This document shows, piece by piece, positions 1-10,904 of a stretch of 64,000 bases of DNA. Source of the stretch: Alphaproteobacteria bacterium (GTDB lineage: Bacteria > Pseudomonadota > Alphaproteobacteria > SP197); assembly GCA_964291265.2 (NCBI GenBank), contig OZ219747.1, positions 2,624,001 through 2,688,000 of the forward strand. Direction: 5' to 3'. The translations under genes and the position numbers were made by a program. Numbering within the stretch: position 1 is the stretch's first letter; every line of letters starts with the position of its first letter. The notes beneath the pieces are model-generated. The model saw only the letters and a program-made list of their open reading frames with translations, was not told where the DNA came from and made no database searches.

Positions 1-1392
1 CGCTGGTCCAACGTCAGGGAAGCGGTGAGTCTCGCCGGCGGCACGATCCTGTTCACCACCCTGGCCGTCGTGGCCGCGAACAGCGCCACGATACCCGAAC
101 TGGTTGTCACGGAACCTGTCATCGGCCTTGCCCTCAAGTTTGCCCCGGAGCCGCTGGGTATCGCCTTCGCGCTCATGGCAAGCGGCCTGTGGGTGGTCAC
201 GACGGTCTATTCGATCGGCTACATGCGCAGTCACCACGAGGCGCAACAGACCCGGTTCTTCGCCTTCTTCGCCATCTCCATCGCATCGGCGGTGGGTGTT
301 GCCCTTGCCGGCAATCTCTTCACCCTCTTCGTGTTCTACGAAGCCTTGACGCTGTCGACCTTTCCGCTGGTCAGCCATGCCGGAACGGCACTGGCGAGAA
401 GGGCGGGGCGAACCTATCTCGGCATCCTCATGGGAACATCCATCGGCATGTTCCTTGTGGCGATCGTTGTCACCTGGCAGGTGGCGGGGACGCTCGACTT
501 CGTTCCGGGCGGAGTTCTCGATGGCAGGGTGACGGACCTGACCGCCGGGCTCCTGCTGGCACTCTATGTCTTCGGTGTCGGCAAGGCGGCCCTGATGCCG
601 TTTCACCGCTGGTTGCCGGCGGCCATGGCGGCTCCGACACCGGCAAGCGCGCTGCTGCACGCCGTGGCCGTGGTCAAGGCGGGGGTCTTCACGATTCTCA
701 AGATCTCCTGGTTCGTCTTCGGTTTCGATCTGCTGCAGGGCCTGCTGGTCCTTGACATCCTGCAGTGGGCCGCCGCCTTCACCATCGTTGCCGCGTCATT
801 GGTGGCCATGACACGGGACAATCTCAAGGCAAGGCTCGCCTATTCGACAGTGAGCCAGCTCGCCTACATCGTCCTTGCAGCGCTGCTGGCCGGCGAAGCC
901 GCCTTCGTTGCCGGCGGCCTTCACATGATCACCCACGCCTTCGCCAAGATCACCCTCTTCTTCTGCGCCGGCGCCGTTCTCGTGGTGACCCTGAAGACGC
1001 AGGTCTCGGAACTCGATGGCCTGGGACGCTCGATGCCGCTCACCATGACGGCGTTCACCATCGCCAGCCTCAGCATCATCGGCCTGCCGCCACTCGGCGG
1101 GTTGTGGAGCAAATGGCTGTTGTTCGAAAGCGCCCTGGCAGCCGGCCAGGAGCTGTTCATCGCCGTTCTTGCCATCAGCACCCTGCTCAACATTGGCTAC
1201 CTGTTGACGATTCCCTTCCGCGCCTTCCTGCGCGCTGCGCCGCAGGGAGAACCCACCACCTGGAACGAGGCTCCCGTCACCTGTCTGGCTGCCATGGTCA
1301 TCACGTCGCTGGGCTGCCTGGTTCTCTTCTTCATTCCCGATACCGTCACCGGGTGGCTGGACAGGGTCTTCATCATGGCGGAGGGTCGCTGA
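1..1392 (+). CDS. MrpD/NuoL-like proton-conducting membrane transporter subunit (5' end outside window)
   Basis: Hydrophobic ORF open from base 1; motifs FVFYEALT, KAALMPFHRWLPAAMAAPTPASALLHA, LAYSTVSQL. Confidence 0.85.
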   Translation, partial: RWSNVREAVSLAGGTILFTTLAVVAANSATIPELVVTEPVIGLALKFAPEPLGIAFALMASGLWVVTTVYSIGYMRSHHEAQQTRFFAFFAISIASAVGVALAGNLFTLFVFYEALTLSTFPLVSHAGTALARRAGRTYLGILMGTSIGMFLVAIVVTWQVAGTLDFVPGGVLDGRVTDLTAGLLLALYVFGVGKAALMPFHRWLPAAMAAPTPASALLHAVAVVKAGVFTILKISWFVFGFDLLQGLLVLDILQWAAAFTIVAASLVAMTRDNLKARLAYSTVSQLAYIVLAALLAGEAAFVAGGLHMITHAFAKITLFFCAGAVLVVTLKTQVSELDGLGRSMPLTMTAFTIASLSIIGLPPLGGLWSKWLLFESALAAGQELFIAVLAISTLLNIGYLLTIPFRAFLRAAPQGEPTTWNEAPVTCLAAMVITSLGCLVLFFIPDTVTGWLDRVFIMAEGR

Positions 1393-1393
1393 C

Positions 1394-1642
1394 ATGAGCG
1401 AGGGAAGACGCCGTTTTCTGGACAACCCCGGGAACGTCCGCTGGATCATCCGGGCGCTCTATGGCCTGTGCCTGCTTCTGGTGGCCGCCGAATTCGTGGT
1501 GCACAGGCATATCGAACATCGCTTCGAAACGCTGTTCGGTTTCCATGCCTTCTACGGTCTTGTCGCCTGCGTCATCCTGGTGCTGGCGGCGCGTGAACTG
1601 CGCAAGCTCGTGATGCGCCGGGAAGATCACTACGATGACTAG
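1394..1642 (+). CDS. Small membrane protein of the Mrp-like cluster
   Basis: 82 aa, two hydrophobic segments, tightly coupled to both neighbours. Confidence 0.7.
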   Translation: MSEGRRRFLDNPGNVRWIIRALYGLCLLLVAAEFVVHRHIEHRFETLFGFHAFYGLVACVILVLAARELRKLVMRREDHYDD

Positions 1643-3335
1643 CGTGGCGCCGTTTCTGGTCTTCTTCGCCGGCGCGGCGACCGTCATGCTGTCGCCTGCG
1701 CGATGGCGTTCGGTCCTGCTGGTCGCCACACCCGTCGTCGGCGCCGTCAACCTGTGGTTTCTCGATCCCGCCACTGCGCCCGGCATCCCGTTCATGGGGT
1801 TCGATCTTGTCGTTCACGGCGGCGGCGACCGGCTTTCGCTTGTCTTTGCCTGGCTCTTCCACCTCGCCGCCCTGATCGCGGTGATCTACAGCCTGCACAT
1901 GTCGGACCGCCTCCAGCAGGTGGCAGCGCTGGCCTATGCCGGCTGTGCCCTCGGCGCCGTCCTCGCTGGCGACCTCGTCACCTTCTTCCTGTTCTGGGAA
2001 GGGCTGGCCCTGACATCGGCGGCACTGATCCTGGCACGGCGTCGAATGGGCTCGCTCCAAGCGTCCCTGCGCTACCTCGCGGTCCAGGTGACGTCGGGAC
2101 TGCTGCTCCTGGCCGGTATCGCGATGCTGCGCGCCGATGGCGAGGGCATCGGTCTTGTGGCCATGGAACTCGAAGGGGCGGCGGCGTGGCTCATCTTCCT
2201 GGCCCTCGGCATCAAGTGCGGCTTTCCACTGCTGCACGGATGGATCATCGACGCCTATCCGGAAGCGACCGAAACCGGCACCGTCCTGATGAGCGCATTC
2301 ACCACCAAGGTTGCGATCTATGCCCTGGCCCGGCTCTTTCCGGGAACCGGGGAGTTGATCTGGATCGGCGCGGCCATGACCATGTTCCCGATCTTCTATG
2401 CGGTCATCGAGAACGATCTCAGGCGCGTGCTGGCCTACAGCATGATCAACCAGCTGGGTTTCATGGTGGTGGGAATCGGCGTCGGCACGGAGTTGGCCCT
2501 CAACGGCGCTGTCAGCCACGCCTTCAACGATGTCCTGTTCAAGGGCCTCCTGTTCATGACCATGGGCGCCGTGCTCCATCGCACCGGCCGCATGGGTGGC
2601 TCGGAACTCGGCGGACTCTACCGCACCATGCCGGCGACCACGGGACTGTGCATTGTGGGTGCGGCCTCCATCTCGGCCTTTCCGCTGTTCTCGGGGTTCG
2701 TGTCGAAATCGATGATCATGGTCGCGGTCATCGAGGAAGGCCATGGATGGGTATGGCTGGCCCTGCTCTTTGCTTCCGCCGGGGTGTTCCACCATGCCGG
2801 CATCAAGATTCCCTTCTTTGCCTTCTTTGCCCACGACTCCGGGCTGCGCCCGAAGGAAGCGCCGCGGGCCATGCTGGTGGCGATGGCGGTCGCTGCCTCG
2901 GGCTGTCTCGTGATCGGAATGTGGCCGGATCTCCTCTACCGCATGCTGCCCTACCCTGTTCACTACGAGCCCTATACCTGGTCCCACATCCTGACGCAGT
3001 GCCAGCTGCTCTTCTTCTCGGCCCTTGCCTTCACGCTGCTCAAGCTCTATCGGCTCTATCCACCGGAACTGCCGGGTGTCAATGTCGATGCCGACTGGTG
3101 CTATCGTTGGCTGTTGCCGAGGCTGGCGCGTCACGCTCTCCGTCTGGGCCGCGATGCCGCCGTGCCGTTGCGCGCGGCGGCGCTGTCGTTGATGGCGGGT
3201 GTGACGGGTGTGGGCCGGCGCTGGGGCGGGCCGTCGGGCATCCTGGCGCGTGATCCGGTGACCGGCACCGCGTCACTTGTGGTGCTGTTCCTGTTTGCCC
3301 TCGTGCTCGTGCTGCATCTCGCGCGCGGCCTGTGA
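1635..3335 (+). CDS. Na+/H+ antiporter subunit D-like (MrpD/NuoL family)
   Basis: FLFWE, KCGFPLLHGWIIDAYPEA, RRVLAYSMINQLG motifs. Confidence 0.85.
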   Translation: MTSVAPFLVFFAGAATVMLSPARWRSVLLVATPVVGAVNLWFLDPATAPGIPFMGFDLVVHGGGDRLSLVFAWLFHLAALIAVIYSLHMSDRLQQVAALAYAGCALGAVLAGDLVTFFLFWEGLALTSAALILARRRMGSLQASLRYLAVQVTSGLLLLAGIAMLRADGEGIGLVAMELEGAAAWLIFLALGIKCGFPLLHGWIIDAYPEATETGTVLMSAFTTKVAIYALARLFPGTGELIWIGAAMTMFPIFYAVIENDLRRVLAYSMINQLGFMVVGIGVGTELALNGAVSHAFNDVLFKGLLFMTMGAVLHRTGRMGGSELGGLYRTMPATTGLCIVGAASISAFPLFSGFVSKSMIMVAVIEEGHGWVWLALLFASAGVFHHAGIKIPFFAFFAHDSGLRPKEAPRAMLVAMAVAASGCLVIGMWPDLLYRMLPYPVHYEPYTWSHILTQCQLLFFSALAFTLLKLYRLYPPELPGVNVDADWCYRWLLPRLARHALRLGRDAAVPLRAAALSLMAGVTGVGRRWGGPSGILARDPVTGTASLVVLFLFALVLVLHLARGL

Positions 3336-3347
3336 AGGATCTGGCCG

Positions 3348-3932
3348 ATGAATCTGTCCGGCGAACATCGCATCAATGCGCCACGCGAGACGGTGTGGCA
3401 GGCTCTCAACGATCCCGTCGTCCTGCGCCAGGCGATACCGGGCTGCGAGACGATGGAACGGGAATCGCCGACCGCCTTCACCGCCCGGGTGAAGGCGAAG
3501 ATCGGTCCCGTGTCGGCGGTCTTCTCCGGAAGAGTCGAACTGAAGGATCTCGACCCCCCTGCAGGATGCGTGCTCAGCGCAGAAGGCAAGGGAGGAGTGG
3601 CGGGCTTTGCCAGTGGCGATGCGAGGGTCACCCTTCTCGAGGACGGAGAAGGAACGCTTCTTGGATATGAAGCCGAGGGGAGTGTCGGAGGCAAGCTCGC
3701 CCAGGTGGGAGCGCGTCTCGTGGAGGCCAGTGCAGTCAAGATCGCCAACACCTTCTTCCACCGTCTCGACGGCCTCGTAGCCCCTCTGGCAACACTTCCG
3801 CCGCCCTTGCCCGCCGATGCCTCTGCGTCGGCCGGACACAGGACGTCGCAAGCCGCCCTGGAACGGGTGTTCATCGCCCTGGCAGTCGCCCTGGTGAGCG
3901 CCCTTGGCATTGTTGCGGCCTTCTTCCAGTGA
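3348..3932 (+). CDS. coxG: Carbon monoxide dehydrogenase subunit G (SRPBCC) with C-terminal membrane anchor
   Basis: [35 protein letters not shown]. Confidence 0.85.
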   Translation: MNLSGEHRINAPRETVWQALNDPVVLRQAIPGCETMERESPTAFTARVKAKIGPVSAVFSGRVELKDLDPPAGCVLSAEGKGGVAGFASGDARVTLLEDGEGTLLGYEAEGSVGGKLAQVGARLVEASAVKIANTFFHRLDGLVAPLATLPPPLPADASASAGHRTSQAALERVFIALAVALVSALGIVAAFFQ

Positions 3933-3945
3933 GGACATGTCACGG

Positions 3946-4425
<480 letters not shown>

Positions 4426-4431
4426 GGGACC

Positions 4432-5226
4432 GTGTACGCCTTCCGCTATCACCGTGCCGGGTCGATCGACGAAGCCGTGCGTCTCCACGCAAGCTGCGAG
4501 GATCCAGGCTACCTCGCCGGGGGCCACACGTTGTTGCCGACGCTGAAAATGCGCCTCGCCCGGCCGAGTGATCTCATCGATCTGGAGGACATCGGCGCGC
4601 TGAAGCACACCTCCACCGGCACGGGCACACTCACCATCGGAGCCGGTGTGCGTCACAACGACGTGGCACGCATGACGCACCCCATCCCGGCCCTCGCCGG
4701 CCTCGCCGGCCAGATCGGCGACTTCCAGGTACGCAACCGGGGCACGCTCGGCGGCTCGATCGCCAATGCGGATCCGGCCGCGGACTATCCGGCGGCCCTG
4801 GTGGGTCTTGGCGCCACGGTCATCACCGACCGGCGGCAGATCGCTGCCGACGATTTCTTCGTCGATCTCTTCGAGACGGCACTCGAGGAGGGCGAACTCG
4901 TCACCTCGGTCGTCTTTCCCGAACCGCGCCGCGCCGCCTACATGAAGTTTCCGAACCCGGCGTCGCGCTATGCCATTGTCGGCGTCTTCGTCGCCTCGAC
5001 GGCCTCGGGCATGCGTGTCGCCGTCACGGGGGCCGGAGCCTGCGTCTTCCGGGTGACTGACATGGAAGCGGCACTTGCCCGCGACTTCTCTCCCGACGCC
5101 ATCGCCGACATCCAGGTTCCCGATGACGGCCTCAACAGCGACATCCATGCCACGCCCGACTACCGCGCCCACCTCGTCACGGTGATGGCCAGAAGGGCCG
5201 TCGCCCGCGCCAACGCCCCTCCCTGA
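4432..5226 (+). CDS. coxM: CODH/xanthine dehydrogenase family FAD-binding medium subunit
   Basis: LAGGHTLLPTLK, VRNRGTLGGSIANADPAAD. Confidence 0.9.
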   Translation: MYAFRYHRAGSIDEAVRLHASCEDPGYLAGGHTLLPTLKMRLARPSDLIDLEDIGALKHTSTGTGTLTIGAGVRHNDVARMTHPIPALAGLAGQIGDFQVRNRGTLGGSIANADPAADYPAALVGLGATVITDRRQIAADDFFVDLFETALEEGELVTSVVFPEPRRAAYMKFPNPASRYAIVGVFVASTASGMRVAVTGAGACVFRVTDMEAALARDFSPDAIADIQVPDDGLNSDIHATPDYRAHLVTVMARRAVARANAPP

Positions 5227-5299
5227 CGACCGCCCGGTCGCTCAGGCGGCGGTCATCCTTGCCTGCGGCCGGCAAGCCCGTATCGATCAGGCAGCCGAC

Positions 5300-6490
5300 C
5301 TAGCCACGCTTGGGCGGTCCGGCCTCCAGCACGTTCCGGACATGCTGATACCTGACATCGAGCGACCGGGCTATGGTTGCTCGAGGCCAACCGAGCTGGT
5401 CGAGTACTCGGATCTTGGCAGACGTGGTAAGACCAGATCCCTCGAGTTCGGGGGGGAGGGGCTTGACCTCCCCCTTGGCCCGGGTTGTTGATCGAGCTGT
5501 CTCGGCTTCGACCAGTTTGGCAATGTCGGTTGAGTTGCCGTGTGCGCCCCGCGCCTGCGCGAGCAGGCAGAGGATCTCGTACATCATGGTGGCTCCGACC
5601 AGGGCGGTGTTTCCCGTCTGGTCGAACGGCGGCGCCACCTCCACGACATCGCCGCCGCGCAGGTCGAGGCCGCCGAGGCCCCTGAGCAGCCTTTGCGCAT
5701 CGATCGTCGTCATGCCGCCGATCTCCGGGGTTCCGGTACCGGGCGCATAGACCGGGTCGAGGCCGTCCACGTCGAACGAGATGTACGTCGGGCCGTCGCC
5801 GACCACGCGGCGCGCTTCCTCGATCGTCGCGTCGACGCCCATGTCGTCGAACTCCTCCATGAACACCACGCGCATTCCCTGGTCCAGGGAATAATCCCAG
5901 CCCTCCGACGTGTTCTGCGCGCCCCGGATACCGATCTGAATCGTTCTCCCCGGGTCCAGGAGACCGTCTTCGACGGCCCGCCGGAAAGGGGCGCCGTGGG
6001 TGAACCTGGATCCCTGGAACTCGTCCCAGGTGTCCGTATGGGCATCGATATGGACCATGCCCAGACTCTCGTCGGCCGCGATCGCCCTGAAGATGGGATA
6101 GGTGATCGAATGATCGCCGCCGGCCGTCAGCGGAAACGCCCGGTGCCGGTGAACGTCGCGGTAGAACGCCGCAATCTCCTCGACGACTGCCGTGTCCTCG
6201 AAAATCCGGGTGAAACGGACATCACCGAGATCCGCAACTCTGCAGAGCTCATAGGGATTGCACCGTGACACGTGATGGATGGAGCGCATGAGGCTCGACA
6301 TGTTGCGGATCTCGCGCGGACCGTGCCGGGCGCCGGCCCTGTTCGTCGTTCCACCGTCATAGGGCACGCCGATCAGCGCAATGTCGACACCTTCGGCCGT
6401 GGCGGCGTACGGCGTGCGCATGAACGTCGCGATCTCGCCGTAGCGCGGCGCGACCATCGGGTCGAATCCTGTTGTCTGTCGTTCGTTCAC
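5300..6490 (-). CDS. speB: Agmatinase/ureohydrolase with C-terminal HTH-like extension
   Basis: GGDHS, DAHTD, HGAPF, SFDVDGLDP..APGTGTP metal motifs; extra ~80 aa ending IARSLDVRYQHVRNVL. Confidence 0.8.
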   Translation of the reverse strand: MNERQTTGFDPMVAPRYGEIATFMRTPYAATAEGVDIALIGVPYDGGTTNRAGARHGPREIRNMSSLMRSIHHVSRCNPYELCRVADLGDVRFTRIFEDTAVVEEIAAFYRDVHRHRAFPLTAGGDHSITYPIFRAIAADESLGMVHIDAHTDTWDEFQGSRFTHGAPFRRAVEDGLLDPGRTIQIGIRGAQNTSEGWDYSLDQGMRVVFMEEFDDMGVDATIEEARRVVGDGPTYISFDVDGLDPVYAPGTGTPEIGGMTTIDAQRLLRGLGGLDLRGGDVVEVAPPFDQTGNTALVGATMMYEILCLLAQARGAHGNSTDIAKLVEAETARSTTRAKGEVKPLPPELEGSGLTTSAKIRVLDQLGWPRATIARSLDVRYQHVRNVLEAGPPKRG

Positions 6491-6645
6491 GGACTGATGC
6501 TCCCTTCGCCCGGGTGTTCACGGTCATGCCGTTCGAAGGGACCGGGACCTGTCGGACAGGACGGATTCGACACGACATCCCGATCGCTGAACAATTCAAT
6601 TCTGTACATGGATTCTTCGATGACAGTCGATGTAACGTTGCGACC

Positions 6646-7578
6646 ATGCTGCACAACGTGTCCAATCCCGACCTTCACCTTCTCCGTGTCTTCATGGCCG
6701 TGGTCGAGGCGGGCGGCTTCTCGGCAGCCCAGATCAGCCTGAACGTCGCGCAGTCGACGATCAGCACCCAGATGACAGATCTGGAAACCCGTCTTGGAAT
6801 GCGACTCTGCAATCGGGGACGGACGGGGTTCTCCCTGACCGACGATGGTCGCGTCGTCTACGAAGCCGCCCGGGAGCTGTTCCGTTCGATGAGCAACTTC
6901 AGGACAAGGGTAAACGATCGAAGGGGCGGCCTGGCGGGCACGCTGCGGGTTGCGTTCGCCGATGCGCTGTTGAGCAATCCCGACTTCAGACTCGATGACG
7001 CGATCCTGCACTTCATTGCGGAGGCGCCGGACGTCGAGCTTGAACTGAAGACAGCAAACCCGCTGGATATCGAGCATGGCGTGCTGAACGGCAGATATCA
7101 TGCCGGCATCCATACGTTTCCGAATCATGCGCCCGGACTGACCTATACCAAGCTCTTCGCGGAACGCCAGACGCTCTATTGCGGAGAAAGGCATCCGCTT
7201 TTCGGGATTCCCGATTCGGAACTGAAGCCCGGGGACATCGAACGGCTCCCGTTCGTCAGGCGAACCTACTACGGGGGAACGCTTCAGACGGGAGCGTTCC
7301 GGCCCAGGAGGGTCGTCGCCAATGCCGATTCCATGGAGGCGCTGGCGTTGCTGGTCCTTTCGGGGGAAATGATCGGCCACCTGCCGGCTGAATGGGTCAG
7401 GAACAGTGTCATGTGCACCAGGCTTCAGGCTCTGATCGAGGACAGGTTCTCATACGATTCCAGCTTCGAAATCGTCATCAAGACCGGCACTCAGAACACG
7501 AAGCTGGTGCGGACGTTCCTGCGCGAGGTGTTCTCGCTCCATGGCGTCAGCAATCTGGGCATCAAACCGAAGCGTTGA
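6646..7578 (+). CDS. LysR-family transcriptional regulator
   Basis: N-terminal HTH (LRVFMAVVEAGGFSAA..L..AQSTIS.QM..LE.RLG); divergent from agmatinase. Confidence 0.9.
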   Translation: MLHNVSNPDLHLLRVFMAVVEAGGFSAAQISLNVAQSTISTQMTDLETRLGMRLCNRGRTGFSLTDDGRVVYEAARELFRSMSNFRTRVNDRRGGLAGTLRVAFADALLSNPDFRLDDAILHFIAEAPDVELELKTANPLDIEHGVLNGRYHAGIHTFPNHAPGLTYTKLFAERQTLYCGERHPLFGIPDSELKPGDIERLPFVRRTYYGGTLQTGAFRPRRVVANADSMEALALLVLSGEMIGHLPAEWVRNSVMCTRLQALIEDRFSYDSSFEIVIKTGTQNTKLVRTFLREVFSLHGVSNLGIKPKR

Positions 7579-7749
7579 GGTGCAGTCCGGTCGCGTGCCG
7601 GCGTTCGAAGCTCAGCACCTGCCCATTTTGCGCCTGACGCCGCGTGGCTTGGCGGGCTGCGTGCGGCTCGCTTCAGCCAGAGCCATTGCGCCGGAGGGGA
7701 CCGGATCTGCCAACGCAACTCCGTATTCCCGGACAATGGTATGGGAAGG

Positions 7750-7791
7750 TGGCGTACTTCATATCGATAAACGTCGATATGAAGTACGCCA
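7750..7791. promoter_or_regulatory. Perfect 18-bp inverted repeat upstream of ABC operon (operator or hairpin)
   Basis: TGGCGTACTTCATATCGA-taaacg-TCGATATGAAGTACGCCA. Confidence 0.55.
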
Positions 7792-7989
7792 TCCTCATAT
7801 TCTTGCAGATCGCTCCTTGCGACACCGTTCCTGGTTCATGGGGCCGAAGCACATGGAGAGAGGTTGAGAGACCTCGGGCGGCCAACCTGATACGGTGACG
7901 AACCGAGCGTCAGGTTCGCCCTTGCAGCTTTTCTGCCGGTGCGGTCCCGATGCGCCGCTAAGGGCATGTGTCAATTCAGGAGAGCCAAC

Positions 7990-9051
7990 ATGAGCAAGAA
8001 GACAGCCAGGTCCTTCCTTCAGATGTCGGGCCGTTCCCTGTTCCGTGCCGCTGCAGTCAGTGTGACGTTCTCTTCGTTCATCCTGGCCGGTCTGATCGGA
8101 TCGGTTCAGCCTTCGACAGCGGACAACGTGGTGCGTTGCGCCTATCCGTTCTGGTTCGGCTTCGCGCCGGCGCCGGTCGCCAACGAAATGGGCTACTTCG
8201 CCGAGGAGGGCATCGAATTCGAAGCCGTCTTCGACAATGATCGGGCCAATGTCCTTCCGGGTCTCGAGTCGGGCGACATCAACTGCACCATGCGCACGAT
8301 CGGCGAGCATATCTCTCGCCCCATGAGCGCTGATTCGAACCTGGTCGTCATTGGATTGATCGACATCTCGGTCGGAGCCGACGGCGTCGTCGGCGCCCCG
8401 GGGATCGACTCGGTCGTGGACCTCGTGGGAAAGACCTTCGCGGGCGAGATCAACCATCCCGGAACCGTGATGACGGCGCACGCGCTGAAGCAGGCGGGAT
8501 ACAGCCTGGACGACGTCAACCTGCGACTGATCGCAACCGACGACAGCCCGGCCGTTTTCGAGGACCCTGAAGTCGCGGCTGTCGCGTCCTGGGAGCCGAT
8601 GTTGAGCGAGATCGTGGCGAACACGTCGCGCGAAGGATCGAAGATCCTGCTGTCCTCCAAGGATTTCGACGGCCTGATTACCGATGTGGTCATTGTCAAC
8701 CGCGACGACTACGAGGCCAACAGGGAGAAGTATGCGGGCTTCATGCGCGGCATCTACCGGGCCGTCGACCTCTACAACTCGGATCCCGACAAGTTCCTGG
8801 AGCTGGCCGCTCCCGGATACGACGTGACGCCGGAGCAGATGGCCGTTGACCTTGCGGGCGTGTACTACACGACCTACGAGGACGCCGTCGCGTACTTCGG
8901 AACGGACGGTTCGGAACCGAAACTCAAGCAGATCACGGAAGATCTGACGGCGATCAATCTCGATCTGGATCTCATGGACGAAGCCATCCCCTATGAGTTT
9001 CTGGTCGACGCGTCGACGACGAAGGATCTGTTCGAAGGCAGGACTCGTTGA
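7990..9051 (+). CDS. ABC transporter substrate-binding protein (NitT/TauT family)
   Basis: Signal-like N-terminus, W.GFAP....EMGYF, S.GADG, WEP. Confidence 0.8.
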   Translation: MSKKTARSFLQMSGRSLFRAAAVSVTFSSFILAGLIGSVQPSTADNVVRCAYPFWFGFAPAPVANEMGYFAEEGIEFEAVFDNDRANVLPGLESGDINCTMRTIGEHISRPMSADSNLVVIGLIDISVGADGVVGAPGIDSVVDLVGKTFAGEINHPGTVMTAHALKQAGYSLDDVNLRLIATDDSPAVFEDPEVAAVASWEPMLSEIVANTSREGSKILLSSKDFDGLITDVVIVNRDDYEANREKYAGFMRGIYRAVDLYNSDPDKFLELAAPGYDVTPEQMAVDLAGVYYTTYEDAVAYFGTDGSEPKLKQITEDLTAINLDLDLMDEAIPYEFLVDASTTKDLFEGRTR

Positions 9052-9246
9052 TCGAATTGTCTGACGGCGTTTGTGTCCGGGTTGGTGCGCACTCCGCAGA
9101 CCCTCGTGCCTGCCTGGACACGCCGTCTTCCCGCAGAGGCGGCGTGTCCCGTCCCGTGGTACCTCAACACCATGGAATGATGTCGCGCGGTGGCGGTGCG
9201 ATCCGCCACATCTCCGTGGTATGAAGAACCCGAGGGCGGCGGATCC

Positions 9247-10089
9247 ATGGGAAAGACTGACATGCCGGGCACGGCAGGCCGGGGACTGGCGAGCGGCTCC
9301 GGGCAGATGCTGGGGGCGCTCGTCGCCTATCGCGGCGCGACAGGCGGCCGCGCAAACCTGACACTGGGAATCGTTGCGTTCGTTCTGTTCATCGCGGTCT
9401 GGTACCTCATCGTGCTCACGGGGCTCGTTACGGAGCGGTTTCTTCCCTATCCGGGCGTCGTCATCGGGACCATGGCGCAACTGCTCGTGACGGAGAGTTT
9501 CTTGAACGATGTCTGGATCTCCGTCGCCCGCGTCTGGGGCGCGTTTCTTCTCTCGGTCGCCGCCGCCGTGCCGATCGGGATCTGGATGAGCAGCTACAGG
9601 ATCGTCGGCGCATTGGTCGAACCGATCGTCGACTTCATTCGCTACCTGCCGGTTCCCGCTCTCGTGCCCCTTCTCATCATCTGGTTTGGAATCGGGGAGG
9701 CGTCCAAGGTCGCCGTGCTGTGGATGGGGACGTTCTTCCAGCTGGTTCTGCTGATCGCCGACGACGCGAAGCGCATTCCGCGGGAGTTCGTCGAAACGGG
9801 CTACACGCTGGGCGCCAGACCGCGACAGATCACTCGCAGCATCGTCCTTCCGTCGATGCTGCCCACCATGGTGGACAATCTCAGGATCACGCTCGGCTGG
9901 TGCTGGACGTGGATCATCGTTGCCGAGATCGTTGCCGCCAACAGCGGAATAGGCCACTACATCTGGTCGATGAGGCGCTTCCTGAAGACGCCGGAAGTGA
10001 TGGCCGGCATTCTGGTGGTGGGCATCATCGGACTGCTCACCGATCAGGCTGTCCGCATCGCCCATAGGCGGCTGTTCAGGTATCTGTGA
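9247..10089 (+). CDS. ABC transporter permease (NitT/TauT family)
   Basis: RYLPVPALVPLLIIWFGIGE, EAA-loop-like ETGYTLGA. Confidence 0.9.
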   Translation: MGKTDMPGTAGRGLASGSGQMLGALVAYRGATGGRANLTLGIVAFVLFIAVWYLIVLTGLVTERFLPYPGVVIGTMAQLLVTESFLNDVWISVARVWGAFLLSVAAAVPIGIWMSSYRIVGALVEPIVDFIRYLPVPALVPLLIIWFGIGEASKVAVLWMGTFFQLVLLIADDAKRIPREFVETGYTLGARPRQITRSIVLPSMLPTMVDNLRITLGWCWTWIIVAEIVAANSGIGHYIWSMRRFLKTPEVMAGILVVGIIGLLTDQAVRIAHRRLFRYL

Positions 10090-10097
10090 GGCCGGAC

Positions 10098-10904
10098 ATG
10101 ACCATGAACCAGCCCCGGGCTTTCGTCCAGATTCAGGATGTCTTCAAGGAGTTCGATACCGAAGGCAGGGGCGCCGCTCCGATCCCCGTGATCGACGGCG
10201 TGTCGATGGATATCCGCGAGGGAGAGTTCGTTGTCTACCTCGGTCCCTCCGGGTGCGGGAAGACCACCTTGATGCGCATCGTCGGAGGCCTTGAGACCGC
10301 GACGACCGGCGAAGTGCTCCTGGGCGGCGAGCGGGTCACGGGACCGGACCGGCGCAAGGGGATGGTCTTCCAGGCCTACACGTCGTTTCCATGGCTCACG
10401 GTTCTCCAGAACATCAGGTTCGGGACCAAGTATCGCGACGATGTCGGCGAGCCGGAGCGCGATGAGATCGCAAGACACTACCTGCAGCTCGTCGGGCTCG
10501 CGGACTTCGCCGATTTCTACGTCAACCGGATTTCCGGCGGCATGCGGCAGCGGGTCGCCATCGCGCGGACGCTTGCGGCGGCCCCGGACATCCTGCTGAT
10601 GGATGAGCCGTTCGGCGCCCTCGATGCGCAGACGCGCGATTTCCTTCAGGAGCAGCTCCTGGAAATCTGCCGAGCGGAGCGCAAGGCCGTGATCTTCGTC
10701 ACACACGATGTGGAAGAGGCGGTCTTCCTTGCGGACCGCGTGTTTATGTTCTCCGCCCGGCCGGCCCGGGTCATCGAGGAGATCGACGTCAATCGGGCGA
10801 TCGGTTCCGAGCGGATGGCGCAGACGAAGGAAACAGACACCTTCTTTCATCTGAGGAATCATGTCCGCGACCTGATGCGTGATCAGGCAAGAGCGCTGGG
10901 ATGA
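10098..10904 (+). CDS. ABC transporter ATP-binding protein
   Basis: GPSGCGKT, ISGGMRQR, LLMDEPFGALD. Confidence 0.95.
   Translation: MTMNQPRAFVQIQDVFKEFDTEGRGAAPIPVIDGVSMDIREGEFVVYLGPSGCGKTTLMRIVGGLETATTGEVLLGGERVTGPDRRKGMVFQAYTSFPWLTVLQNIRFGTKYRDDVGEPERDEIARHYLQLVGLADFADFYVNRISGGMRQRVAIARTLAAAPDILLMDEPFGALDAQTRDFLQEQLLEICRAERKAVIFVTHDVEEAVFLADRVFMFSARPARVIEEIDVNRAIGSERMAQTKETDTFFHLRNHVRDLMRDQARALG

Noticed and set aside
5226-5260. Intrinsic terminator between coxM and agmatinase
   Set aside because: A GACCGCC/GGCGGTC stem is present but with a long loop and no U-tract; too weak to call
7800-7989. Guanidine riboswitch upstream of the ABC transporter
   Set aside because: Gene context is suggestive but I could not identify the conserved motif by eye; needs an Rfam scan
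7795-10065. 756-aa minus-strand ORF and similar long antisense ORFs
   Set aside because: Shadow frames of well-supported genes in GC-rich DNA, with no motifs
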